Shown piece by piece: positions 45,893 to 58,554 of a DNA stretch of 58,554 nucleotides. A program made the position numbers and the translations under genes. How positions within the stretch are numbered: the stretch's first letter is position 1; every line of letters begins with the position of its first letter. Under the pieces are notes generated by a model, which worked only from the letters and a program-made list of their open reading frames with translations, had not been told where the DNA came from and made no database searches. Source of the DNA: Chiloscyllium plagiosum (Eukaryota); contig NC_057720.1 in the NCBI RefSeq assembly GCF_004010195.1, forward strand, positions 17,768,456 to 17,827,009, given 5' to 3'.

Positions 45893-48800
45893 AGCATTTT
45901 AACTTTTTTTGTTGCTACAACATCAAACTATACTTTTTATTACTCGCTCATGGGATGTAAGCTGGCAAGGTCAGCATTAGTTGCCCTTGAGAAGCTGTTG
46001 GTGAGCATAGTCTTAAACTGCAACAGTCATTGTAGTGTTAGAGTATGCAGGATGCTGTTAGGTGGTGTGTTTTAGAATTTTGACCTATGGCAATAGGTGT
46101 TCATGTCAAATTGCATAGAGGGTAATTTACAGGTGTTTGTGTTCTCATGTACCTTTGCCCTTGTCCTTCTAGTCATAGATCTAATGGATTTAGAAGGTGC
46201 TATTAAAGGTCTTGGTGAGTTGCTGCAGTGCCTTTTTGTAGGTGTAATTTATTACAACAAGCCAGCTGGTGGTGAAGATGGTGAATAGCTGAAGTGAAGA
46301 ATGGAATGCAAATCAATCATGCTGCTTTGTCCTGGCCAGTGTCAAGCTTCTCAATTGTTGATGGAGCTTATGCTTGATGTGTCGGGAATTAGTTAATTTC
46401 TACAGAATGAGCCCCTGACCTGTTATAACCAGTGTATGATTGTATTTATCCATTTAAGTTTCTACTTATTTACATGAGTAAATGAACACTTGGTCTAATT
46501 TTGTATATGGTTGACTGAGTTCTTTTGAGGAATTCTGCACTGGCTCATTTTTGGTCGAAGTGTATTAAAGGCATTATTTTGTTAAAACATCATTGAATAG
46601 TTTTAAGACACAGCTAGATAGATTTCTGGTTATCAAGGCAGTTGAGGGTTTTTGGAGCTAGGCAAAATGTGGAGTTGAGACCACAATCAGATAGCCATGA
46701 TCTTATCGAATAGCGGAGCAGGCCGTGGGAGACAACTCCTCCTGATTCTCATGTTCATAGCAGAGTTCAATCAAAATACTGTGTTTAAAGTTTCAAATTT
46801 AGTGAAGCATGAAAGGTTTTAAAATCAAACTTCACTTAAATGGGTTAGTGAGCACGAGGGTGTAATGTTAACTTGATGTGTGGCTCAGGCAGCAGAAGGC
46901 TATGAAATCAGCTGAAGGCTATGAAATCTCTAGGGTCATAGAGCATTGAAATAATAAAGTCTCAAGATAACAAAGGATGGATGCATGTTTCAGCTCAGGC
47001 CAATGCCCAACTTCATCCCAGCCTGAGGTCAATGTTAGAAAACTGCAAGAAAGTCGTCCTAATGATGGCATGAATAAATAATTGGAAGCTTGTTCCTAGG
47101 TTATGACACTAAAGTTGTGAACACTTAGGCTGGGCTACAGAGCAAGGGATGGAATTGGTAGCTTGGGAGCAAAGGTTATCACAGGTGCTGATGATGAGAC
47201 TGTGGTGTTCCCAATAATTAGTTGATGGAAATTTCAGCTCATCTAGTACTGGACGTTGGAAAAGTACTAGGTTAATTAAGAGAACCAAGAAAAGACCAAG
47301 AAACATGGTGATGAAATGAAGTGACTAAATGACATTCAATAAATACATTTAAGGCAATAAAGTTTGTGTTATGAATGAGAGCAAGGGAATAGCACTTAGC
47401 TAGCTATCTCTTTCAAAGAACTGGAATTAGCCATAAAGCCCTGAGTGGTCTTCTCACCAGTTCAGTAAAGGAGAGGAAGACTTCCAGAAGCATGTGTTGT
47501 ATTATGATCCCAGCTGATAAGACTCAGTATCATATGAGTTTTCTGTTTTTGAAGAGTGGGAAATTTTCTTGGCAATTTATGATGCTTAACACCATGAGTT
47601 TAAAAACATTTTATGAAAGGTTAGATAACAAAAGCAAATTTAGATTGAGGTTTCACACTATGTGCAAACAGCTTAACCTGACAGTTGAGATGATAGTTAA
47701 GCAATTTTGTCATGTCCTTCTCAGTACAAATCATTCATGCTAGCATCATCTCAAATAATGGTTTTTCTTGATGGCCTTCACTTTTCCTGCAGAAACATTG
47801 GCTGTTCTTTCAGGTGACCACATTAGTGCTATTACAGTTAACCATAACTGAAGTCTGGAATTAATGGACCATTGTTACTGGTGATATTGTACTTGTGCCT
47901 GCACTGAAAGCTTTGTTCATCTGAGAATCTGGCCCTGAGGTGCAGCTTGCTTTAAAAGTGATTGACCTTTGTTTGCTCCTGCATATATAAATGTGCCACA
48001 CCTAGAGGTTGTATGCTTTTAGCCCTCCTTTTTTATATAGTTACAAGAAGATGATTGCACAATGACAGGTGGTTGCTCTGGGACTGGTGACTGAGCAAAA
48101 GGTTTCTATTTGAAGAAGCTTGACTGCATAGTTATTGAACAGCCTGGTGATATTAATGCACCAAGAGATCTATATGAATGTACTTGAACAAGTCAACCAA
48201 CTCCTCACACCATTTGATTTGTATACTGCTTCTTGATAGCAATATCCTGGGAGTTAGGTTCCAATTAATTTAAATAGATAACTGCATCCCCTAGTTTATA
48301 TAGGACAATGAAGCTTCCTAATGCTTTGATTTGATAGTGGATCCTTGTAGAGCACAGGAATAAAGATGCTTTCACTGGTATTTTGCAAGTTCCCCAAGTG
48401 AATTTAGGCTGTCATTTTTCCACTGTATTTCACAGCAGATTAGCAAGGATGTTACATTTGAACAGCCTGTCACAATGATTCCATCATCCATTTGGCTTGA
48501 TGTTTGCCAGTGGAACCTCAACCTAAGCTTAGGACCAACTACTCACTTTTGAATTAGATTTCAGGCAAAAACACCTAATGTCATGGAAGTAGTGTCAAAT
48601 TCAAGTGTGACCCAAGCCAGAGAGATTTTAAAATTTTTATTATGTTCATACTGAATTTGCTATTCTTGCACACTCATTGTTGCTCCTGAGGTCACAGAAT
48701 AAGACAAGATAGGTACAGGTGAGGATGAGTTTTGGAGCATATGCATGTTATTTTATTATCCTAGCTGGTACTGGACAAGTTGGATCACAGAATGAAATCT

Positions 48801-51171
48801 GACTTGATAGTTTTTTTTAAAAAAAAATTCCGTTAATGTGCTGGTCATTTGCTGCAACGTAGTCTTTTTTTTTGAACAAAAGAAAAATTAAACAAATTAT
48901 GCTATCTAAGTATAGAACCCAGATTGAAAGGTATAATAAAATGCAGGAAAGCAAAGTCATATTCCTTTTCTGATACTGTTCCAGAAATTCAAATCTGAAG
49001 AAATTACACCTCCGTATCAAATGTCAAAGTTTTAATTAACTGATTCTCCTGAGTTATTTCGTGTCTTGCATTAGTACTCTCAAAACTGAGAAATTAGGCG
49101 CGCTCAGCTTTTAATAACCTGCCAATATCAAACCAAACACTCCTGATTTTGAACGTTTCACAAACTAAACTTTTGTGCTGTGATAATTGCTTTCTGTAAA
49201 CTGTTCTATACTCATTTCTGGGGAAAAAAGCCACATTTACTTAGGACCTCAGTCAGGTCTCCAAAATTACCCTAAAACTTTGTCTCCATGTTCCTGTAGC
49301 TAAAATCAATCCTTGATTATCTTGAAAACAAGGTAATGGGCATCAGTGTTTACTCCATCTGTCACACGCCGCCACAGTAAAAACAATTTCCAATTCATAT
49401 TCCAGGATAATTGATGCATCCTGGATTAGATCACTTGTTTAGGAGGGCTGTTTTTTTAACCTTTTCAGAAAAGCAACCACCTCCAAAATGCCACTGTTTT
49501 AAAATCTGTGCTCCATAAATGATACTGATATAAATCAGACACTTTCCATCACAATTATGAAATTCTTAAAGGGATACTGCATCCACTTGATTTAGAGTGA
49601 AAAGTAGGTGCTTCAGAAGTTATTATTATAATTATTTAGTAATATTGTATCTGCAAAGCCAAAAAAAGTTATAAAATGTGCTAATATGGGAAAGGCAAGT
49701 GCTGTTAATACAGATTAATTTTTGCAGTTGGAATAAGCCAAATTCATACAGCTTAGAGGGATTTTTTTTTTTGCAGGTGTCTTATTTTTACAGCTTCATT
49801 CATCTTCCTACTTCAGGTACCAATACATAAGAGGACATGGATATCCATGGATTTAATTAGATTTGTCCATGACTTTGCTTGATCAGTGACTTGCTATTGC
49901 CCACTGCAGTGATTTGCCATTGCCTTGTGCAGTATGGCTTACCACAAAACTCCAACTCTTATTGCCTGCCATTAAACATAATATATGACTTACGAGCTTA
50001 TAATAAACCTCTTTGGCCATGTTATGAATCTGCCTATCAAGTTCTATAGTGGAATTTCTGGCCCAGAGGCAATGACAGAGTATACCACACAACTGCTTGC
50101 CAGTTGCACTAGGAGTGATGGTAATGGATATGGATTAGTTTATTTCACCTACTGGTAGTTTCCACAATCCCACAATGAGCTAGTCTAGAGTTTAATGCAC
50201 CTATCTGAATTTCCCCATCAACATGTAGCTGCAAATGAGCAATAGGAGTGTGTCTCAAATCTAGACAGGTACAACAGGTTGTGGTTCTTCTCGAGAGAAT
50301 ATAAAAGATCCAAGAACAGGGATCGATTATTTCTCTGAGCACACCCCTTTTACTCATTTTCCTGTCTTTATCTATCTATCTTTAATAATTAATGATAGAT
50401 GCCTATTGGTTGTGTGGAATGAACCTAGCCCAGTGCTGAGTTGATGAAGAAGACTTCTTTGTCTAAAGCAAGTTGTCAGCAACATTTGAATCTGGTTGAG
50501 AGAACTGGAAGGTTGATAGTTGTCTGTTGCGCCGCTTTTAAACTACAGTAAAACAGAGGTGTCTACTTAGAGCCAAAAGTTGGGCAGGAAAATAAAGCAG
50601 GGATTGTGTATAGTGTCAGTTAGTTTTTGGTAGGGCTGAGTGTTAAGTATATAATCTGTGAAGCTAAAAAGTGACACTCGGATGTTGGGTTGCAAGAAAT
50701 TTGTGTGAATATTTGGAAAGATTCAAAGATTTTCATGTATGTGCTGCATATGTAATTCTTGGCTTCTTGTTGTATCTGTCGACATAAAATATGATCAGTG
50801 GGTTTGCTAAAGATGGTGGGGTAGAGAAAAATCACATGTTTGATATAAAATTCTGAAAAGGATAGTATTTCTAGTTCTCCAGTTAAAATGTGAATTATGG
50901 TTTGAATGTAAATGTTAGTATTATACTCAAGTAATAAGCTTCACAATCAGTAATTTGATATGTTTAGGGTAAGCTACTCATTAGTTGTCTCTTTTTTAGT
51001 AATCCAGTAATATTAAATTTCACTATGTGAAAGCTTAAGAATGGAACTTGGCACAAGTAACTTGTATCTACTGAAGGGAAAACGCTTGGTCAATAAGTTA
51101 TCCTTTTAACAGATCTTGGTTTTGTATGCTTCAAGTGATTCTATTTAGCTTTTAATTTCATACAAACATAG

Positions 51172-51488
51172 TTTAGATTACTTAGATTCCCTACAGTGTG
51201 GAAACAGACCCTTCAGCCCAACAAGTCCACACCGAAGCGCAACCCATCCAGACCCATTCCCCTACATTTACCCCTTCACCTAACACTACGGGCAATTTAG
51301 CATGGCCAATTCACCTAACCTGCACATCTTTGGACTGTGGGAGGAAACCGGAGTACCCAGAGGAAACCCACGCAGACACAGGGAGAATGTGCAAACTCCA
51401 CACAGTCAGTTGCCTGAGGCAGGAATTGAACCCGGGTCTCTGGCGCTGTGAGGCAGCAGTGCTAACCACTGTGCCATCGTGCTGCCCA
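51172..51488 (-). mobile_element. HE1-like SINE
   Basis: Near reverse complement of 19221-19512. Confidence 0.9.
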
Positions 51489-52119
51489 TAACCCAGAGAG
51501 CAGTGAAGGTGTGGTCAATTGAAAAATCTAAGACAGAGGTGAGTAGATTTGTCGAACAAGTGAATCAATGGGAAATGAAACAAAGAAGCTCTGGAGTAAC
51601 TCAGAGCTTTGGAGCGAGAAATAGAATTTTTGTAAATCAGGAAATGTATGAGAGAGAAACTCGGTAAAATCAGGGAAGTGGTATTGTGAAAATTATTGGA
51701 GCTGTGGATACAAAGTCCCTGGGTCTTGATGGACTTCGTCTTGTAATGTTAAATGAAGTGACTAGTGAGAAAGATGATGCGTTGATTCTACTTTTTCAAA
51801 ATTCCTTTGATTTGGAGAAGGCTTAATTAGATTGAAAAGTTATTATTCTCTCCCCTCTCCCCCCGGGAAACTATTGGAAGCTATTATTGTAGCCAGCAAT
51901 TCAGATAAGTTCAAGGTAATTCGTCTGCGTTGGATAATTTCCTATTCAGGAAATCACATTAAATCAATTTCTCGGTATTGGTTGAAGAAATGCATATGCT
52001 ATGGATATGGAGGTCAATGATTGTAGTACTTGCATTTCTAAAAGGCATTTGATAAGATGACACATCAAATGTTGTGTGGAAAATAAAAACTCATGGTGAA
52101 GGGGTTAACTTGTTGGCAC

Positions 52120-53320
52120 AGATAGAATCGGAAAAGTGGTAAAAGAGGGGGAGGTGTAGCAATGTTAGGTAAGGACAATATTACGGTGGCAGAAAGGACA
52201 TTTGATGAGGACTCATCTACTGAGGTAGTATGGGCAGAGGTTAGAAATGGGAAAAGAGAGATCACCCTATTGGGAGTTTTCTGTGGGCCTCCAAAAAGTT
52301 CCAGAGGAAAGGATTGCAAAGATTTTGGATAGGAGTGAGAGTAACAGGGTAGTTATGGGGGCTTTAAATTGCAAATATTGACTGAAAACACTATAGTTCA
52401 AGTGCCTTAGATGGGTCAGTTTTTGTCCTATGTGTGCAGGAGGGTTTCCTGATACATATTTAGATAGGCCAACAAGAGGTGAGACCATATTGGATTTGGT
52501 ACTGGGTGATGAACCAGGCTAGGTGTTAGATTTGGAGGTAGGTGAGCACTTTGGTGATAGTGTCCACAATTTGGTTACTTTTAGGGGTGGAAAGGGATAG
52601 GTATATACTGCAGGACAAGAGTTATAGCTGGGGGGGGGGGGGGAAGGCAATTGTGATGCGATTAGGCAAGATTTAGGATGCATAGGGTGGGGAAGGAAGC
52701 TGCAGGGGATGGGCACAATTGAAATGTGGAACTTATTTAAGGAACAGCTACTGCGTGTCCTTAAGTATGTACCTGTCAGGCAGGGAGGAAGTGGTCAAGC
52801 GAGGGAACTGTGGCTTCCTAAAGAAGTTGAATCTCTTATCAAGAGGAAGGAGGTTTATGTAACAACGTGATGTGAAGGCTTGAGTGTTTGAGTGTTACAA
52901 GTTAGTCAGGAAGGACCTAAAGAGAGAGCTAAGAAGAGCCAGGAGGGGACATGAGAAGTCTTTGGCAGGTAGGATTAAGGAAAACCCTAAAGCTTTGCAT
53001 AGGTATGTCAGGAATAAAAGAATGACGAGAGTAGGAGTAGGGTCTGGCAAGGTCAGTAGTGGGAAGTTGTGTGGAGTCCAAAGAAATAGGAGAGGCACTA
53101 AATGAATATTTTTTTCGTCAGTATTCACACAGGAAAAAGACTGTTGTTGAGGAGAATACTGAGATACAGGCTATTAGACTAGGCTAGATTAAGGTTGATA
53201 GGAGGAGGTGTTAGTAATTCTGGAAAGTGTGAAAATAGATGAGTCCCCTGGGCCAAATAGGATTTATCCTAGGATTCTCTGGGAAGCCAGGAAGGAGATT
53301 GCAGTGCCTTTGGCTTTAAG
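52120..53320 (+). mobile_element. CR1 LINE endonuclease/linker region
   Basis: KRGGGVA-like start, ORF 52884 ELRRARRGHEKSLAGRIKENPKA, gagtcccctgggcc (SPGP). Confidence 0.8.
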
Positions 53321-53321
53321 T

Positions 53322-54475
53322 TGTCATCTCTCCTCTCCTTTGCTGTTTCAACCTCAACCCATACTACCTCAGTAAGTGAGTCCTCACCTTTCTGTCACAG
53401 TGATACTGTCCTTGACTAACAATGCCAAACCTCCCCCTCTTTTACCATGTTCCCTATTCTTACTGAAAAGATCTAAACCCCGGAACCTGCAACAACCATT
53501 CCTTTCCCTGCTCGATCCGTGTATCCGAAATGGCCACAACATCGAAGTCCCAGTTACCAACCCATGTTGCAACTTCACCCACCTTATTTCAGATGTTTCT
53601 GGCATTGAAGTAAACACACTTCAAACCACCTTTCTGCCTGCTGGTACACTCCTGCCACCTTGAACCCTTATTCATGACTTCATTACACTCAACCTCCTGT
53701 ATACTGGAGCTACAATTCAGGTTCCCATCCCCGTGCTAAATTTGTTTCAATCCTCCCTAAGAGCATTAACAAACCCCACACCCCTCAGGATATTGGTACC
53801 CCTCTGATTCAGATGTAGACCATCCCATTTGTAGAGGTCTCACCTACCCCAGAATGATCCCCAATTATCCAGGTCGGATCGACCAGTAAGTTGTCCACTC
53901 TGCCACCCCAACCAACGGTATACTTGTTATTAAGGGGAAAGGCCACTGGGTATCTCTGCACTGTCTGCCTATTCCCTTTCCATCCCCTAACTGTAACCCA
54001 TCTACCTTTTTCCTGTACCCGAAATGTAACTACCTCCCTGTAACTCCTCTCCAATTAGCCCTTCAGTCTCCTTAATGATCTGAAGTTGCTCAAGCTCCAG
54101 TTCCCTAATGCAGTTTCCGAGAAGCTGGAGTTGGGTGCACTTCCGCAGATGAACTCAGCATGGACACCAGTGGTGACCTTTACCTGTCACATTATACAGG
54201 AGAAGCATGCAACTGCCCTAACATCCATACCACTGTTCGGAATTCCCAAAGAGACTATTGAATACAAAACTAGTAACCTTACCAAATCAGCATGCAGAAC
54301 ATTTTTTTAGTTAGAGGAGGATGGGTAGGAGATACTACATAAGTAGTGTTTTGGGTAAAGCAACTGCCCAAATATATTACCTCGCTCACTCAGTTGTCCT
54401 GTGTGCGCTCTGCCTATTCACGAGGTAAGTTTTCATAGGATTTACTACCTTCCCAGCAGCCCCTAGTCCTTGGCA
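53322..54475 (-). mobile_element. CR1 LINE 5' portion (5'UTR, ORF1 remnants, endonuclease start)
   Basis: ORF 53384-53617 KRGGGLALLVKDSIT; ORF 53809-54054 WVTVR...PVAFPLNNKY (CR1 ORF1-like). Confidence 0.75.
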
Positions 54476-54499
54476 GATTGGTACAAAAACTAAACCTGT

Positions 54500-55520
54500 T
54501 GGATTCAGGTTGGGCTGGCTAGATGGATACAAAACTGGCTTGGTCCTAGGAGACAGAGGTTCTCAGTGGAACGATGATTTTCAGAATGGAGACCGGTAAC
54601 TAGTGGTGTTCCTTGGGGATCAGTCTTGGGTCCTCTGTCTGTTGTGTGTGTATATAAATGATCTGGAGGCAAATATGGGTGGTCTGATTAGTAAGTGATT
54701 GGTGGAGTTGCTGATAGTGCCAATGATTGATTGTGAAAGGATACAACGGGATATAGTTTGATGACTTGGGCACAGAAATGGCAGATGGAGTTTAATCCAG
54801 ACAAATGCAAGGTGATGTGTTTTGGAGGATCAAAGTTAGCTGTGAATTATACTGTAAATGGCAGAACCCTTAGAAACATTTAGCATACAGACGAATCTGG
54901 GCATGTATGTCCACAGTTCCCTGAAAGTGGCAACACAGGTGCCCAAGGTGATTTAAGAAGGCATATGACATGCTTTCCTTCATTGGCCAGGGCATGAAGT
55001 ACAAGAGTTGGCAAACCATGTTGCAACTATATAAACCATTTGTTAGGCAGCATTTGGAGTATTGTGTGCAGGTTTGGCACGATGTTACCTGATCTCGAGG
55101 GCATTAGCTATGAGGAAACGTTATAAAGACTAGGATTGCTTACACTGGAAAGACAGCAGCTGAGTGGTGACCTGATAGAGGTCTACAAAATTGAGGCATA
55201 GATAGGGTGGATGGCCAGAGGCTTATTCCCAGAGTTGAAGTTTCAATTACAAGGGAGCATGGGCTCAAGATGAGAGGAGGAAAGTTTAAGAGAAATGTAC
55301 GAAGGGAGTTTTTCATGCAGTGAGTGGTAGGAGCCTGGAGTGCACTGCCAGAAGAAGTGTGGAAACAGGCACGTTGGCAACATTTAAGTGGATGGTTACA
55401 TGAATAGGAAGGGTATGGACTGAATAAGGGTAGAAGGTTTGTGTTTTAGTTCAGTTTAGATTTGCACAGCCTTGGAAGACTGAAGAACCTATTTCTATGC
55501 TGTACTTCTGTTTTGTTCTT
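54500..55520 (+). mobile_element. Degraded CR1 RT C-terminal region and 3'UTR
   Basis: agtggtgttccttggggatcagtcttgggtcct (SGVP.GSVLGP), tggcagatggagtttaatcc (WQMEFN). Confidence 0.8.
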
Positions 55521-55529
55521 TATTCCAGA

Positions 55530-55765
55530 ATTGCAATATGACATCTCTTGTCACTTTCCACTCCGTGAGCCTCCATACACCATTTCTGCTACCTCCAGTA
55601 TGATGTCTCCAATAAACACATCTTCAATACCCAATGCCTACACGCGTTTCAAAGGCACCATTCCCTCAGTGACACCATGGTCATTCTTCTATCGCCCCAA
55701 CACCTCATTTCTCCCCTTAGCATCTTCCCATGCAAATGCAGGAGATCTAACACTTGGCTTGGTGC
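55530..55765 (+). mobile_element. Degenerate Penelope-like ORF fragment
   Basis: ttcccatgcaaatgcaggagatctaacac, similar to the FPCNRKKCKTC linker of the 39497-40708 element. Confidence 0.45.
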
Positions 55766-56411
55766 CACCTGTGATCTCTAATCTTGCTTGCCCTCTAACC
55801 TTCCCTTCTGTTCCTCATCACCTTTCCATCTTTCTTAGCTCCTGCTCTTTTCCATGGTTTTTGGTACTATCCATTGCCTTTTTTTTTTTAAAAGTAATAA
55901 ATAGTGTTGGTGAAGGCACTGTTTTGATAGCGTTCAGTAAGTCATCAATGGTAATCCATTGTTCCACAATGTAATGTTTTCATCTCTTCCTTACTACACT
56001 GAAAAAGGTTTAAAAACAAAGTCTAGCCAGAGGTGCCCTTGTCCATTTGCATAGTAGCTAGTTAATGGACAGTATAGGCAAGGGCACAGTTACCTGACCA
56101 GAAAAAGATACTCTCTCCAATTCTGGACCAGGTATTGTGGAGTGAAAAAGTCATGAGGTGAAGAACGAATAAACAAAGAAAGGTTAAAAAGAAGGGTGTG
56201 TGGCAACTTTTCAATTTACTTTTTCATTGTGTATACTTGTCACTATTAAGGCCAACATTTGTTACTTGTGTCTAATTGCCCCAAATTGAGTGGTTTGTAG
56301 GCCATTCAGAGGATGGTTAAGTGTCAACAAAATAGCTATGAGTCACTATGTCTCTGCCTCACCCTACTTTACCTCTTTTATCTGATTGTTCCCTCACATT
56401 ATGTTTTTCAG

Positions 56412-56480
56412 GCTAACTAACACCAATATCATTCACACAATTCCAGAATGGACTTTAATTGCAGTCGTGATGCTTTCAGT
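56412..56480 (+). CDS. RPAP2: RPAP2 coding exon 10 (LTNTNIIHTIPEWTLIAVVMLSV); gene continues beyond the window
   Basis: tttttcag| acceptor, |GTAAGT donor, 69 nt; LTN.NIIH...EWTLIA.V.LS motif. Confidence 0.95.
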
Positions 56481-57687
56481 GTAAGTATTAATAAAGTTCA
56501 TTTTTGTTCAGAAGTTAAAGCTAAAGGTTTTTGAAATGGATAAACGAGAATTTGTTAAATCAAGAGGCCATAATTACTGCAGTCCAAACATTTGTTAAAA
56601 AGCCAGAACACTCTACAATTAAGGACGTAGAAGGAGATAACTGTGTTATGACATCCTCTGAAAGAGATATGAGTCTTGATCTCAATATAAGAATTTAGAA
56701 GAAATGGCATATTGAGTGATGTGGTTGGGAAAACGTGGTCATGTAGCAGCATATATATTGCAACATTGATATACCATTTCTTTATGATCATTACTAGTCT
56801 GTATACGCCATGCTCGCCCACCCTCCAAATTACGTGTTCTGTGTGGAGGCAGAACACACAGGCATGATCCTAATTAATACTTTACTTCAGTCTTCTGAGG
56901 AGGGGGATAATGTAAATAATGTAGTTAATGTCAATAGAATGGGATAATCTAGTATGAGGGGAAATGTTAATGGGTTTAACATCTTTGAAAGTGCATAAAC
57001 CTTACAAATGAAATGTATCTCAGCTGCACAGAAATAAGGAAAGAAACGAGTAAACTGTTGTTTATAATTTTTTATCATCCTTTTAACAAGGGAGGAAGGG
57101 GAGATCAAATAATTGCAAATCAGCCCAAATTTGTTGATGGCAAATTGTTGGTGATAATTTCTGAAGCAAAGCAGAAAGGAGGTGAGGTAAGGTAAAGGTG
57201 ACTGCCCTTGACATCAAGGCTGCATTGGACTGAGTTTGGTATCGAGGAACCCTAGAAAAACTGGAGTCAATGGAAATCAGGAGGGAAACACTCTGCTAGT
57301 TAATTTCATACCTGGCACAAAGGTTGTGGTCATTAATGTTCAGGTCATCTGTGCAGAAGTCTTTAAGGTAGTGACCTAGGTTCAACTGCCTTCAGATGCT
57401 TCACAATGACGTTCCTGCCATTATAAGGCCAGAATAGGTGGTGTTTTCTGATTGTTCAATCCCATTTGTGACTTTTCAATTACTAATGTCCAAAGGCGGC
57501 AAGACCTAGATGATAATCCTTTTTGGACCAGCAAGTGGCAAGCAACATTCAGGGAACACGAGTGACAAACCCATGACATTCGGTGGTCATTACCATCACT
57601 GAAACCATGCTATCAACATCCTGGATTGTCATTGACCAGAAACTGAATAGGACTAGCCATATAAATATTGTGGCTTTGGATATATAT

Positions 57688-57926
57688 ATTTGCTTGCTGA
57701 GCTGGAGGGTTCATTTCCAGACGTTTCGTCACCCTACTAGGTAACATCTTCAGTGGGCCTCAGGTGAAGCACTGCTGATAATTCCTGCTTTCTATTTATA
57801 TGATTTGGGTTTCTTTGGGTTGGCGATTTTTATTTCCTGTGGCTGTCATTTCCTGTGGTGAAGTCACTTCCTGTTCTTTTTCTCAGGGGGTGGTAGGTGG
57901 GGTCTAAATCAATCTTGTGTCTATAA
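57688..57926 (-). mobile_element. 3' end of a second Penelope-like family nested in the LINE
   Basis: Minus-strand translation HKIDLDPTYHPLRKRTGSD, followed by a pLTR with a hammerhead core. Confidence 0.65.
57717..57756 (-). ncRNA. Minimal type-I hammerhead ribozyme with longer stem II
   Basis: Reverse complement: CCA-CUGAAGA-U-GUUACC-UAGUAG-GGUGAC-GAAAC-GUC-UGG; stem II GUUACC/GGUGAC, stem I CCA/UGG. Confidence 0.72.
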
Positions 57927-58152
57927 GATCTCGTGACCTGCAGCAAGTAACATGCCTCCTGAGTCCTCAAAGCCTGTCCACCATCTGTAAGGCATGTCAG
58001 GAATGTGTTGGAATACTCTTCTCTTGCCTGGATGGGTGCAGCTCCAAAAACACTTGAGCTTGAGACCATTCAGGACAAAGTGGCTGCTTGATTGTTTGTG
58101 GATGAGGTGCCATTCAGTCTCTTCGCCATTCAGTCTCTTCACCACTCAGTAG

Positions 58153-58554
58153 CATAGAACATAGAAGAATACAGCGCAGTACAGGCCCTTCGGCCCTCGA
58201 TGTTGCGCCGATCCAAGCCCACCTAACCTACACTAGCCCACTATCCTCCATATGCCTATCCAATGCCCGCTTAAATGCCCATAATGAGGGAGAGTTCAAC
58301 ACTGCTACTGGCAGGGCATTCCATGAACTCACGACTCGCTGAGTAAAGAACCTACCCCTAACATCTGTCCTATACCTACCCCCCCTTAATTTAAAGCTAT
58401 ACCCCCTTGTAATAGCTGACTCCATACGTGGAAAAAGATTCTCACTGTCGACCCTATCTAAACCCCTAATCATCTTATACACCACTATCAAGTCACCCCT
58501 AAACCTTCTTTTCTCCAATGAAAACAACCCCAAGTGCCTCAGCCTGTCCTCATA
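58153..58554 (-). mobile_element. Young CR1-clade LINE 3' end
   Basis: Uninterrupted ORF 58228-58533 LFSLEKRRFRGDLI...FFTQRVVSSWNALP; catagaacatagaa tandem tail. Confidence 0.9.

Larger units (their letters stand above)
57180..58152 (+). mobile_element. Degraded YKAQVR-type CR1-group LINE, same family as 18420-20150
   Basis: cttgacatcaaggctgcatt (LDIKAA) and ggaatactcttctcttgcctggatg (EYS.LAWM). Confidence 0.7.

Noticed and set aside
46896..46928. Direct repeat gaaggctatgaaatc x2
   Set aside because: Two copies only with no spacer array; local duplication, not CRISPR-like
55462..55974. 170-aa ORF
   Set aside because: Spans a CR1 tail and a decayed Penelope fragment; no recognisable protein or splice support
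58109..58140. 16-bp tandem duplication gccattcagtctcttc
   Set aside because: Simple duplication inside a degraded LINE

Overview
Vertebrate genomic DNA, almost certainly from a shark or other elasmobranch. This is inferred from repeats resembling HE1 SINEs, HER1/CR1 LINEs and chondrichthyan Penelope elements. The window has four N gaps. The one host gene I can support is RPAP2 (RNA polymerase II-associated protein 2, RTR1-type CTD phosphatase) on the + strand. Ten GT-AG coding exons between 4264 and 56480 splice in frame into 1745 nt (581 codons plus 2 nt); the last coding exon and stop lie beyond the window. The introns are mostly transposable elements: CR1-clade LINEs, HE1 and other tRNA-derived SINEs, tandem Tx1/L1-clade 3' ends, solo-LTR-like elements, a Tigger-like MITE and Penelope-like insertions. 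Several Penelope insertions have inverted pseudo-LTR arms, 13-15 bp TSDs and minimal hammerhead ribozyme cores. Other points of interest are a poly(A)-tailed HE1 copy with an L1-type target site, a 78-bp templated inverted insertion, a micro-inversion, a TSD-less TG..CA element, and a first exon that appears to cover human exons 1 and 2. I found no clearly new protein-coding system. Most ORFs in the supplied track are TE fragments or N-gap artefacts.
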